From a virus (taxonomy: Duplodnaviria > Caudoviricetes), in the IMG/VR virus record IMGVR_UViG_3300014656_000012, positions 1-37,903 of that record: 37,903 nt of DNA; one strand, written 5' to 3'. The notes below the pieces were generated by a model that saw only the letters and a program-made list of their open reading frames with translations, ran no database searches and had not been told where the DNA came from. This document shows, piece by piece, positions 17,397 through 26,337 of this stretch; within the stretch, counting starts at the first letter, position 1; each line of letters starts with the position of its first letter. Position numbers and translations under genes: made by a program.

Positions 17397-18614
17397 ATGA
17401 TTGAATTTTTAACAACAATAAAAATAGCAGTAGCAAAATGGGCAGTAGCAGGACTTGTCGGCTTGCTTACAATCGCAGGATATACAGTTCCTAATTCACT
17501 GCAACCTTTACAGCTCGGATCTACTTTACCAATCGCAGGACAAACATATTCTATTGCAGGTTCAGGAATATCAGGCAGTGCAACATCAATTACTCTCACA
17601 TCTTTGACACTTCCACAAACAGGTTATAAAATACTAGATGCTGATTTATCTACAACTTTTTATATCACACTTGAATCAGGAAAAGCACATCAAGAAATAG
17701 TATCTTGTACGACAGTAACTCAAAACGCAAACAATTCAGCTACTCTTTCAGGATGTTCTCGTGGTCTTTTACCTATCTCGCCATACACAGCAAGTTCAAC
17801 ATATCAATTTCCACACGCTGGAGGAACATCAGTAGTATTCTCAAATCCTCCACAATTTTATAATCAATTTTTAGCAGCAGACAATACTGGAACAATAACA
17901 GGACAATACACATTCAGTACTTCGCCAATAGTTCCCACAGTAATATCGGCTTCAACAACAAATGCCGCTTCTATCGGATATGTAAATGCAGTAGCTCTCG
18001 CTGGATCAGCAGATGCAGCGACAACTGTAAAAGGTGTAGCAAAACTATCAACGGCGGCGGCTTCTAGTACAAACCCAGTAGTTGTAGGAGATAACGATAC
18101 TAGAGTTTCTCCAGTATCGCTTGCGACAGTAACAGCAGGACAAGTTGCAGCAATGCTTGGTTCATTTGGAACACCAGTAGCTTCTACAAATAGATATTTA
18201 ACTGAACTGGATGCAACCTCAACAGTAGCTTCATCTTCAAGATTAGTTAGATATACTACAACTGGTCAAATAACCGCTACTACAACCCCAGTAGCCACAA
18301 CAGATGCAACTTCAAAATCTTATGTAGATAGTTTAGCAACATGGGAATTTATATCTTCTACATCAACATTCACAAATGTTGCTGTTCCAGCAACTACAAG
18401 GTTTATTTTAGTAAAAGGAGATACAAATGCTAGTTATGCTAGTACTTATGGAGAATTTATCCTCACAAAAGACAAGAACACTGCGATAATTTCTATACCA
18501 CTTCAATTATTATCAGCTGTTACATATTGGAATATGTCAGGGACATGGTCAACATCTACAGCAACAACTACAATAGGGGGTGTGGTAAATGCAACACTTT
18601 ATTTTTATAAATAA
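17397..18614 (+). CDS. Fibre-like protein with N-terminal hydrophobic anchor
   Basis: WAVAGLVGLLTIAG segment; fibre motifs DAATTVKGVAKLST and DATSKSYVD; Ser/Thr-rich; two Cys. Confidence 0.7.
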   Translation: MIEFLTTIKIAVAKWAVAGLVGLLTIAGYTVPNSLQPLQLGSTLPIAGQTYSIAGSGISGSATSITLTSLTLPQTGYKILDADLSTTFYITLESGKAHQEIVSCTTVTQNANNSATLSGCSRGLLPISPYTASSTYQFPHAGGTSVVFSNPPQFYNQFLAADNTGTITGQYTFSTSPIVPTVISASTTNAASIGYVNAVALAGSADAATTVKGVAKLSTAAASSTNPVVVGDNDTRVSPVSLATVTAGQVAAMLGSFGTPVASTNRYLTELDATSTVASSSRLVRYTTTGQITATTTPVATTDATSKSYVDSLATWEFISSTSTFTNVAVPATTRFILVKGDTNASYASTYGEFILTKDKNTAIISIPLQLLSAVTYWNMSGTWSTSTATTTIGGVVNATLYFYK

Positions 18615-18619
18615 AATAT

Positions 18620-20479
18620 ATGGAAGAAACAATAAAAAATGCACCAACGCTATACGGTTCCGAATACGACCCAATAACTGGGAAAACTTCCTATTCGGCT
18701 ACACAAAATCCTGTATACAAACCAGTATCTTTTCTATCAACTGAAAATGCAGCGGACACAGTAGGGAAAGACTTAAAAACATTAAATACGATATCACCAA
18801 CAACAGCACCAGGATATGTTGCTCCCACACCAACGGAAAAACCAACGCCAAAAGTTGAACCAAAAGCATATTTTACTAATGCAGATGGGCAAGAAGTTGA
18901 ATTTACTCAAACTCAATATAATGACCCAACAAATCAAAAGTTTTTACAGGACAATAAATATGTTCAAAGCAAAACAGAATTTAACACTAATTATAAAAGT
19001 GCAGCACAAACTGCTGTAAGTAATCTTGATTCTCAAATAGAAGGACTTACAACGGAGTTTACTAATTACAATGTAGATACAGACCCAGCTTATGCCTCAA
19101 AAGTAAAAAGCATACAAGGACAATTTGCAAATTTAAGAGTAGCTACAGAAAAAGCAAATGCTGGTCGTGCTACAGCTCTTTCATCTCTAGGATTAAGAAC
19201 AGGCACTACCCAATATGCTGGTGGGGTCCAGTTAGGAATAGAGGGAGAAGAACTTACACAAGCCACTGCTAGAATGTCTGAAATAAATAGACAAGAAGCC
19301 GAGACGATTTCGTCAGCTAGAGAAGCATTTGAAAGTAAAAAATGGGATACTTACTCTAAAAAAGTAACTGCTATACAAAATATAAGAGAAACAAAAAGCA
19401 AAGAGTTAGACAAGATAAACACTTTATTGGCGGATAGTATAAAGAAGGGTGAGGAAACAAAAACTGATAATGAAATAGCAAACTTGTATGCAACTGGAAC
19501 TACTGATATAGCTTCTATTCTCAAAACTCTTAAAGGTAAAGGCATTTCAACATCAATTTCAAAAATTGCTTCTACATTAAAAGATATAATTCCAGCAGGG
19601 CTTGATGACTTAGTAAAAACAGCTCGTTCAAACGGTGCATCACCAAAAATAATATCAAAAATTCTATCATCAGGAGGTGATATGAATAAAGCATATAAAG
19701 AAGCTGGCTCTTTTGGACTTGGAGGAACTGGTATGATAGGAGAATATAACTATTATAAGGCTCAAACAGAATCTGCTGGCCAAGTACCACTAGATTTTAA
19801 TGAATATCAAAACGCAGATGCAAATAGAAAAATAAAAATACAACAAGCTGCAAATGCTGCAGGTCTTACATCAGCTTTGACAAATACAGCACTCAAACTA
19901 TCCGATGATTACGAAGCTCGTTCAAAAGATTATTATCAACAAAGGGAGGCATACAACAGGATAGTTTCATCTGCGACCGACCCTTCAGCAGCAGGAGATT
20001 TAGCTTTAATATTTAACTACATGAAAGTTCTTGACCCCGGTTCAACAGTTAGAGAGGGTGAATTTGCCAATGCTCAAAATGCTGGTAGTGCGTTCAGTAT
20101 TGTTGGTGCAAAATATAATAAAATAGTAAGTGGAGAAAGACTTACTGAAGTACAAAGAAAAGATTTTGTTGATAGAGCGAATAAATTATTTGAAGGTGCT
20201 AAAAAACAACAGGATTCAGTAGTAAAAGAATTTGAATCAAAAGCGGTTAAGTATGGTGTTCCCGGTGATTTAGTTGTTCGTGATACTAGTGCCACAGGAA
20301 GTATAACAAATGATCTAATCCAAACAGAAAAAGCGGCTGAGGATAATTTAAAGAATTTTATAACAAAAAATCCGACAAAGGAAACCGAAATAGACGATTT
20401 AATTAAAAAGATGGAAGAGGTTTTAGCAAGACCAGTTAATGCTGCTGATTTTTTACAAAGATATCCACAATATAAATAA
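18620..20479 (+). CDS. Internal virion/DNA ejection protein (putative)
   Basis: 619 aa helical; AGDLALIFNYMKVLDPGSTVREGE motif that I associate with podoviral DNA-transfer proteins; position after the nozzle. Confidence 0.6.
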   Translation: MEETIKNAPTLYGSEYDPITGKTSYSATQNPVYKPVSFLSTENAADTVGKDLKTLNTISPTTAPGYVAPTPTEKPTPKVEPKAYFTNADGQEVEFTQTQYNDPTNQKFLQDNKYVQSKTEFNTNYKSAAQTAVSNLDSQIEGLTTEFTNYNVDTDPAYASKVKSIQGQFANLRVATEKANAGRATALSSLGLRTGTTQYAGGVQLGIEGEELTQATARMSEINRQEAETISSAREAFESKKWDTYSKKVTAIQNIRETKSKELDKINTLLADSIKKGEETKTDNEIANLYATGTTDIASILKTLKGKGISTSISKIASTLKDIIPAGLDDLVKTARSNGASPKIISKILSSGGDMNKAYKEAGSFGLGGTGMIGEYNYYKAQTESAGQVPLDFNEYQNADANRKIKIQQAANAAGLTSALTNTALKLSDDYEARSKDYYQQREAYNRIVSSATDPSAAGDLALIFNYMKVLDPGSTVREGEFANAQNAGSAFSIVGAKYNKIVSGERLTEVQRKDFVDRANKLFEGAKKQQDSVVKEFESKAVKYGVPGDLVVRDTSATGSITNDLIQTEKAAEDNLKNFITKNPTKETEIDDLIKKMEEVLARPVNAADFLQRYPQYK

Positions 20480-20484
20480 AATAT

Positions 20485-22008
20485 ATGCTTACACCAGAAG
20501 AAATACAAAAATTAGATAGTGCGGGACTTGGACAAGCAAATGTCAATACTACACAAACAAAATCTTTATCAGAAAGATTGGGTATTGGTGCTGTCCAACA
20601 ACCAAATTATGTAACTCGTGTTGCACAATATTATACGAAAGCAGGACAGGATATCATTTCGGGTATTGAGGAAGGCACTGGGCAAATTCAAAAGGGAATG
20701 GAAACAGGAGGATTAGCAGGTGTCCCAAAAGTTTTACAAGGAATAAAAACAGCAGCACTAAGAACAGTTGGTGGAGTAGCAGGGGCGACTTTTGCACCGA
20801 TAACAGAAGCACCAGTCATCAAACCAGCCATAGAAGCAATAGGAACTGGTATATCGAAAATTCCTGGTGTTAATACACTCGTTGAGAAAGCAACCGAATT
20901 GTCAATAAAACATCCTGAATCTGCAAAAGACTTACAGAACATTGTTGATATTGCCGTTTTGCTAGGAGGTATGAAGACAGAAAAACCTCTTGGTGCTAAA
21001 CTAGAAAAGACAGGGATTGCACTTGAAAAATCAGGTGTTAAATCGGCAGACATCACCAAAAACAAATTCGCACAGGATTTAGTAAAGCCTATTGAAACAG
21101 CAGCAGTTAAATTGGAACAAGTTAAAAGGACAACAGAATCTGGTGCATTTTTCAAAAAGGACATCGTTGCACCAACTAAATTAGAAGCAGAATCAGCTAA
21201 ACAAGTTGCACTAATTCCAGGAATATCTAAAAGCAATACATTTCAAAAGAACTTTAATATTGTTAGGGATTATAATGTAGGTCAAGCTAAAAAACTAGAG
21301 TCAGATATTATCAAAAACGATTTTATTATTCCCAAACAGGAAACTATTGCTAAACTAAATAGTATGGCAAAGACTTTATCTAAAGAAAGTCCTCTTATAA
21401 CTGGAGATGCCGAAATAACAGCACAAAAACTTATAAATGGTGCTAAAAAATTCGTTCAGGCAAACGAAGGAAAAGGTTCTGGTTTATTAAAAGCTCGTAA
21501 AGAATATGATTCTTGGGTTTTAACACAAAAACCAAAAGCATTTGACGCTAAATCTGAGAATGCTTTTACTATTGCAAACAACGCTATCAGAAGTGAATTG
21601 AATACAATTTTGGATGAAAAAGTAATAAATGTAGAAGTAAAGAAATCACTACAAAGACAATCATCTCTTTATAGAGCTATGGATAATATAGCGCCAAAAG
21701 CAGCACAAGAAGCTAATGCCCCACTTCTAAGAACATTAGATAATGTCGGTAAAGTTCTTGGAACTAAGAGTAAAATCGTTCAAGGTATTGCAGCGACAGT
21801 AGGTATTGGAGGTCTCGGTGCAGCAGCAACATTTGCTCCAACAGTTGCTGTGTTGGGAGGTGTTGGTCTTGTAGTTTATAAAGCAGGTAAATTGATAATG
21901 AAACCCGAAGTTAGAATTGTAATAGGAAAACTACTACAGACATCAGGAAGATTGCTTAACTCCGTTGATGTAAAAATCCTTCAAGATGCTTTAGATATAT
22001 ATAAATAG
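20485..22008 (+). CDS. Internal virion/DNA ejection protein (putative)
   Basis: 507 aa, Ala/Gly/Lys-rich, with Gly-rich hydrophobic C-terminal helices (GIAATVGIGGLGAAATFAPTVAVLGGVGLVVY). Confidence 0.6.
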   Translation: MLTPEEIQKLDSAGLGQANVNTTQTKSLSERLGIGAVQQPNYVTRVAQYYTKAGQDIISGIEEGTGQIQKGMETGGLAGVPKVLQGIKTAALRTVGGVAGATFAPITEAPVIKPAIEAIGTGISKIPGVNTLVEKATELSIKHPESAKDLQNIVDIAVLLGGMKTEKPLGAKLEKTGIALEKSGVKSADITKNKFAQDLVKPIETAAVKLEQVKRTTESGAFFKKDIVAPTKLEAESAKQVALIPGISKSNTFQKNFNIVRDYNVGQAKKLESDIIKNDFIIPKQETIAKLNSMAKTLSKESPLITGDAEITAQKLINGAKKFVQANEGKGSGLLKARKEYDSWVLTQKPKAFDAKSENAFTIANNAIRSELNTILDEKVINVEVKKSLQRQSSLYRAMDNIAPKAAQEANAPLLRTLDNVGKVLGTKSKIVQGIAATVGIGGLGAAATFAPTVAVLGGVGLVVYKAGKLIMKPEVRIVIGKLLQTSGRLLNSVDVKILQDALDIYK

Positions 22009-22089
22009 TTATTCCGTTGGTTTTGTAGGAACAATAAACATATACAAAAAGAAAACAAAGATAGATACAATAATCCAAAAAATAATCAT
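22009..22089 (-). CDS. 26-aa single-pass membrane peptide on the opposite strand
   Basis: Read by hand: MIIFWIIVSIFVFFLYMFIVPTKPTE. Promoter TTGCTT (22124-22119), 17 nt, TACTGT (22101-22096), 6 nt, ATG; its stop abuts the convergent gene's stop. Confidence 0.55.
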   Translation of the reverse strand: MIIFWIIVSIFVFFLYMFIVPTKPTE

Positions 22090-22236
22090 ACCTATACAGT
22101 ACAACTAACAGCAATCAAAAGCAAGTAAGATTTACTAGAAATAAAATAAAGAATAAAACAAAAGAAAGTAGACAAAGAAAAGAAAAAAGAAAAGTCCCCA
22201 GACATTATAAAAAAATTATAGTATAATATAAACAAC

Positions 22237-23004
22237 ATGAACATAAAAGAAATACTAAAACAGAATAGAGGAAAAACAGACATAGAAAGCATAACTTTCA
22301 TTATTGAAGATATGCTTAAAAAGTTAATATCTGAAAAAGGTGGTGTTGTTGATGAAGAAATGGCTAAAATTAAGGATAATTTGATTAAATGGACTGAATC
22401 TGCAAAGAAAGAAGTTGAAAAAATAGCCCAAGATTATATAAAGACACAAATAGTAAATGGAAAGGATGGTTACACACCAAGAAAAGGAGTTGACTATACT
22501 GATGGACACACTCCCCGTAAAGGATCTGATTATTTTGATGGAAAAGACGGAAAAAATGGCAAAGATGGTTATTCTCCTGAAATAAATTACGATAAAATTA
22601 TAGTGGAAGTTGTCGGACAAATAGGAGAAGTAAAAGACAAACCTAATGAAGTTGTAGAAAAAGTTATATCTTCAAAAGAACTTATTCCATTATCAAAAAT
22701 AAAAGGACTTAAAACAGAACTTGATAAAATGATTGTAGCTTTCAGAGAAGCTAGAGGTGGGGGTTCAACTCAATCAGGTGGCGGAATGGGAAAATGGGTT
22801 CACCAACAATTTAATTTAACAGCAGTAACATCATCAATTACTTTATCAAATAATATTTCAGCAGGTGGAACAGCTCATTTATTTAGATATCAAGGACAGA
22901 TGTTAGCAATGAATGTAGATTATACAGTAAGCGGTAAAGTCGTATCGCTTTTATTTACACCAGTTGACGGAACAGTATTTGACGCAACTTATGTAAGATC
23001 TTAA
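22237..23004 (+). CDS. Collagen-like/fibre-associated protein
   Basis: GKDGYTPRKGVDYTDGHTPRKGSDYFDGKDGKNGKDG repeats, Gly linker, C-terminal beta domain. Confidence 0.7.
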   Translation: MNIKEILKQNRGKTDIESITFIIEDMLKKLISEKGGVVDEEMAKIKDNLIKWTESAKKEVEKIAQDYIKTQIVNGKDGYTPRKGVDYTDGHTPRKGSDYFDGKDGKNGKDGYSPEINYDKIIVEVVGQIGEVKDKPNEVVEKVISSKELIPLSKIKGLKTELDKMIVAFREARGGGSTQSGGGMGKWVHQQFNLTAVTSSITLSNNISAGGTAHLFRYQGQMLAMNVDYTVSGKVVSLLFTPVDGTVFDATYVRS

Positions 23005-23013
23005 TATATAAAT

Positions 23014-26000
23014 ATGAAAAAAATATTATCAATTTTAATAGGAATACTCGCAACACCATTATTAGTTTTTGCTGCTTCAGTTTTTACTTCAGGACAAGTA
23101 GGAACAACTGCAACTAATGGTTATGTTCTACAAACAAATGGTGCTACATCTACATGGGTATCAACTTCTTCTCTTGGGATTGTTTCAGGTGGAACAGGTG
23201 GAACACCTGGAGGTTCAAGTAATCAAGTTCAATGGAATAATGGTGGAGTTTTTGGAGCTGATGCAGGTTTAACTTATTCTTCTTCAACAAATTTATTTAC
23301 AATAACTGGTTCTTCTACAGGTGGAACTGCATCAATTTTTGATATAAGTAACAAAGCAACTTATGGAGATGCAAATGGAAGTCGATTAAATTTTACTAAT
23401 ATATTCAATGGAAGTCCTATTGCAGTAGGAAGTATTGAAGGAAGAACAATAACCGCAGGATCACTATCTGCATTATTATTTAGTGCTGGAGTTATTACTT
23501 TCTCAGAAAAAATGAGATTACTTAGTGATGGCGAATTACTTATAGGAACTACAACAAACAACGGCTTTGGACTTCTTCAAGTTAATGGAACAACCACAAC
23601 AAACGGCCTAAAAATAAATAATCTTGCAAGTTCACTTCTTGCAGTTGATTCGGCTGGAAATGTTATTTCTACATCAACCACTTCAATGGTATACCCAGGA
23701 TCAGGAATACCTTTGAGTACAGGATCAGCTTGGGGAACATCTATTACTAACAACTCTGCCAACTGGGATTCTGCTTACACTCAAAGACTACAATGGGATG
23801 GAGGAGCAACCGGACTAGTAGCGACAACAGGAAGAACATCACTTGGATTAACTGATACAGCGATAACAGCCTCAACAACATTTTATTTAGCAAGTAATCC
23901 TAGTAATTACATTACAAGTACAACAAACGCTTTAACTAACTATCCTAATTATACTTATGCTTCATCTACATTCCAAACAATACTCACAAATCCAATCACA
24001 GGAACAGGAATTATAAATCAGCTTGCAATATTTAATTCCACAAATGGACTTACTTCACTTGCGACAGGAACAAATGGTTTCTTTTTAAGAGCATCTACAT
24101 CTGCTCTTTTTGGTTATGATTGGGCTCTTGCAAGTAGTTCTGGGGGGAATGCGGTTTGGGGTGCTATTACTGGCACACTTTCAAGTCAAACTGACCTGCA
24201 AAACGCATTAGATACAAAACTATCCACCACTTCAGCTGCCACAAATTATGTTTCTACTTCTACACTTACAAACAATTATCCAACATTCACTTACGCTTCT
24301 TCAACTTATTATTTAGCTTCAAATCCTTCAAATTACATTACAAATTCAGTTTCAAATCTTATAAATTATCCAACTCATACTTATGCAAGTTCTACATTTG
24401 CAATAATAGCAAGCTCATCTCAATGGACAACAAATGGAACAGCAGTTTATTATAATGGAGGTAATGTAGGAATTGGCACCACCACCCCTTCCGCAAAACT
24501 AGATATTTACGGAACAGCAGGAACATCAGATATTTTCGGAGTTTCTTCATCATCAAACGCAAGATTGTTTACAATTGCAAGTAATGGAAATGTCGGGATT
24601 GGAACAACGAATCCAGTTAGTAAATTGACAGTTGGTTCTCCCTCAGGTTCCCACACCGGTGGTATGGGAATTGAGGTATCCACACCCTCTCCATCTTCTG
24701 ATCAAGGCACGATAGTTCTTTACTCCACTAATTCTGTAACAGCAAATGTGGGGGGTAAGATTTCATTTGGTGGAATTTATAACTTATTAAACGAGGCTAC
24801 TACATGGGCACATATAGCAGGATTGAAAGAAGATATTGTTGATGACCATTACGGCGGATATCTTGCATTTTATACCCGTCCCCTAGCAGGAAGTACTGCA
24901 ACAGAAAAAATGAGGATAACTTCTACTGGAAAAGTTGGAATCGGGACGATATCACCAACAACAGCCCTTTCAGTTATTGGAACCTCCACAACTCAAGGAC
25001 TTACAATTACAAATCTTTCAAACACATTTCTTGCAGTTAATGCTGTTGGTAATGTTATTGCAACAACAACTCCAAGTGGTTCGCTCTCAGGCGGAACAAC
25101 TGGATATTTAACATATTGGACTTCACCAACAACAGTAGGGAGTGTTGCAACAGGAACAGCGGGAACATTCCTCAGAGCTTCATCAACTTCTGCGACAGGG
25201 TTTGATTGGGCAACTGCAGGTGGTGGTTCACAAACTCCCTGGGCAAGTAATATTGACGCCGCTGGTTACACTCTTTTCGGCAGTTCCACAGCAAGCGGTA
25301 ATCTTACTTTAAATTCAACTTCCAATGCGACGAAAGGTTATGTTTTGATAAATCCAAGCGGGGGGAATGTTGGAATTGGAATAACTACGCCAATATCTTT
25401 ATTGACTGTTGGCGATGGCACTCAAACTACCGCTCCTTATGGAATTAGTTTTGATGCCACTGCGAATTTATACAGAAGTGCGGCGGGGATTATAAAAACT
25501 AATGGAACATTGATGGCCGGTGCGGTAAAACTTAACCTTTATGGTTTGGCCCAAACAGATGGCGGATCTCCTCTCACATTAAATGGTGGATATGCATACG
25601 GCAATGGCAGTTATAACATTTTAATGGGAACTTCAGGTAACGATCCTATGCAATTTACCGCGAGTGAAGGCGGATTGCTTTCACATCCTTCTTCCCTTAC
25701 ATTCAATCCATCAAGCGGAAACGGCGTGTTTAATGTAATAAAGTTGGCTCCTACCATCAATCAAACTGGCACAGCAAACGGAATTACTCGTGGTTTATAT
25801 ATCAATCCAACAATAACCGCTGCCGCAGATTATCGAGCGATTGAAACAGCGACTGGAAAGGTAATCTTTAATGGGGGGAATGTGGGGATTGGAACTTCAA
25901 CCCCAAGTTCACTTCTTACAATAGTAAATGCTTCATCAACTATTGATTCATTCTTGCAGATAGGAAGTGCTTATGGTTCAACAAAACAAGGAAAACTTTG

Positions 26001-26088
26001 TCAATGGAATGGTAGTAACTTTACTATTACTTCGTTTGCTTCAAATAGTATTACACCACTTTATTCAACATCAACTAGTTGCAACTAA
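23014..26088 (+). CDS. Long tail-fibre-like protein with Sec-type signal peptide
   Basis: MKKILSILIGILATPLLVFA-A; repeated G(N/K)VGIG(T/I) motifs, WGAITGTLSSQTDLQNALD, internal duplications; two Cys at the C-terminus. Confidence 0.85.
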   Translation: MKKILSILIGILATPLLVFAASVFTSGQVGTTATNGYVLQTNGATSTWVSTSSLGIVSGGTGGTPGGSSNQVQWNNGGVFGADAGLTYSSSTNLFTITGSSTGGTASIFDISNKATYGDANGSRLNFTNIFNGSPIAVGSIEGRTITAGSLSALLFSAGVITFSEKMRLLSDGELLIGTTTNNGFGLLQVNGTTTTNGLKINNLASSLLAVDSAGNVISTSTTSMVYPGSGIPLSTGSAWGTSITNNSANWDSAYTQRLQWDGGATGLVATTGRTSLGLTDTAITASTTFYLASNPSNYITSTTNALTNYPNYTYASSTFQTILTNPITGTGIINQLAIFNSTNGLTSLATGTNGFFLRASTSALFGYDWALASSSGGNAVWGAITGTLSSQTDLQNALDTKLSTTSAATNYVSTSTLTNNYPTFTYASSTYYLASNPSNYITNSVSNLINYPTHTYASSTFAIIASSSQWTTNGTAVYYNGGNVGIGTTTPSAKLDIYGTAGTSDIFGVSSSSNARLFTIASNGNVGIGTTNPVSKLTVGSPSGSHTGGMGIEVSTPSPSSDQGTIVLYSTNSVTANVGGKISFGGIYNLLNEATTWAHIAGLKEDIVDDHYGGYLAFYTRPLAGSTATEKMRITSTGKVGIGTISPTTALSVIGTSTTQGLTITNLSNTFLAVNAVGNVIATTTPSGSLSGGTTGYLTYWTSPTTVGSVATGTAGTFLRASSTSATGFDWATAGGGSQTPWASNIDAAGYTLFGSSTASGNLTLNSTSNATKGYVLINPSGGNVGIGITTPISLLTVGDGTQTTAPYGISFDATANLYRSAAGIIKTNGTLMAGAVKLNLYGLAQTDGGSPLTLNGGYAYGNGSYNILMGTSGNDPMQFTASEGGLLSHPSSLTFNPSSGNGVFNVIKLAPTINQTGTANGITRGLYINPTITAAADYRAIETATGKVIFNGGNVGIGTSTPSSLLTIVNASSTIDSFLQIGSAYGSTKQGKLCQWNGSNFTITSFASNSITPLYSTSTSCN

Positions 26089-26090
26089 TT

Positions 26091-26333
26091 ATGAAATCAC
26101 AAGGAAACATACCAGTTTATATAACGACAGGAGTAAGTATCATAATTTCGCTTGTTACCTATATTTATGTAAGTACAACTTCCTCACAATCAGATGATAT
26201 GAAGATAGCAAAGACAGATATTGTGGAACTGGGAAATAGGGCGACAACACTTGAAACGCAATATTTAAGTATAAAAGAAGCACAAGACACAGCCAGTAAG
26301 GATATAAAAGAAATATTAAAAATTTTAAAGTAA
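26091..26333 (+). CDS. Membrane protein with coiled coil (holin-like/lysis-associated)
   Basis: One TM segment (VYITTGVSIIISLVTYIYV) then heptads; just upstream of the lysin. ATG 26091 follows the fibre stop. Confidence 0.6.
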   Translation: MKSQGNIPVYITTGVSIIISLVTYIYVSTTSSQSDDMKIAKTDIVELGNRATTLETQYLSIKEAQDTASKDIKEILKILK

Positions 26334-26337
26334 ATAT

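Noticed and set aside
22092-22301. 69-aa hydrophobic minus-strand ORF from the track
   Set aside because: It overlaps the start and promoter of 22237 and derives from an A-rich low-complexity spacer; the 26-aa ORF at 22009-22089 has better signals.
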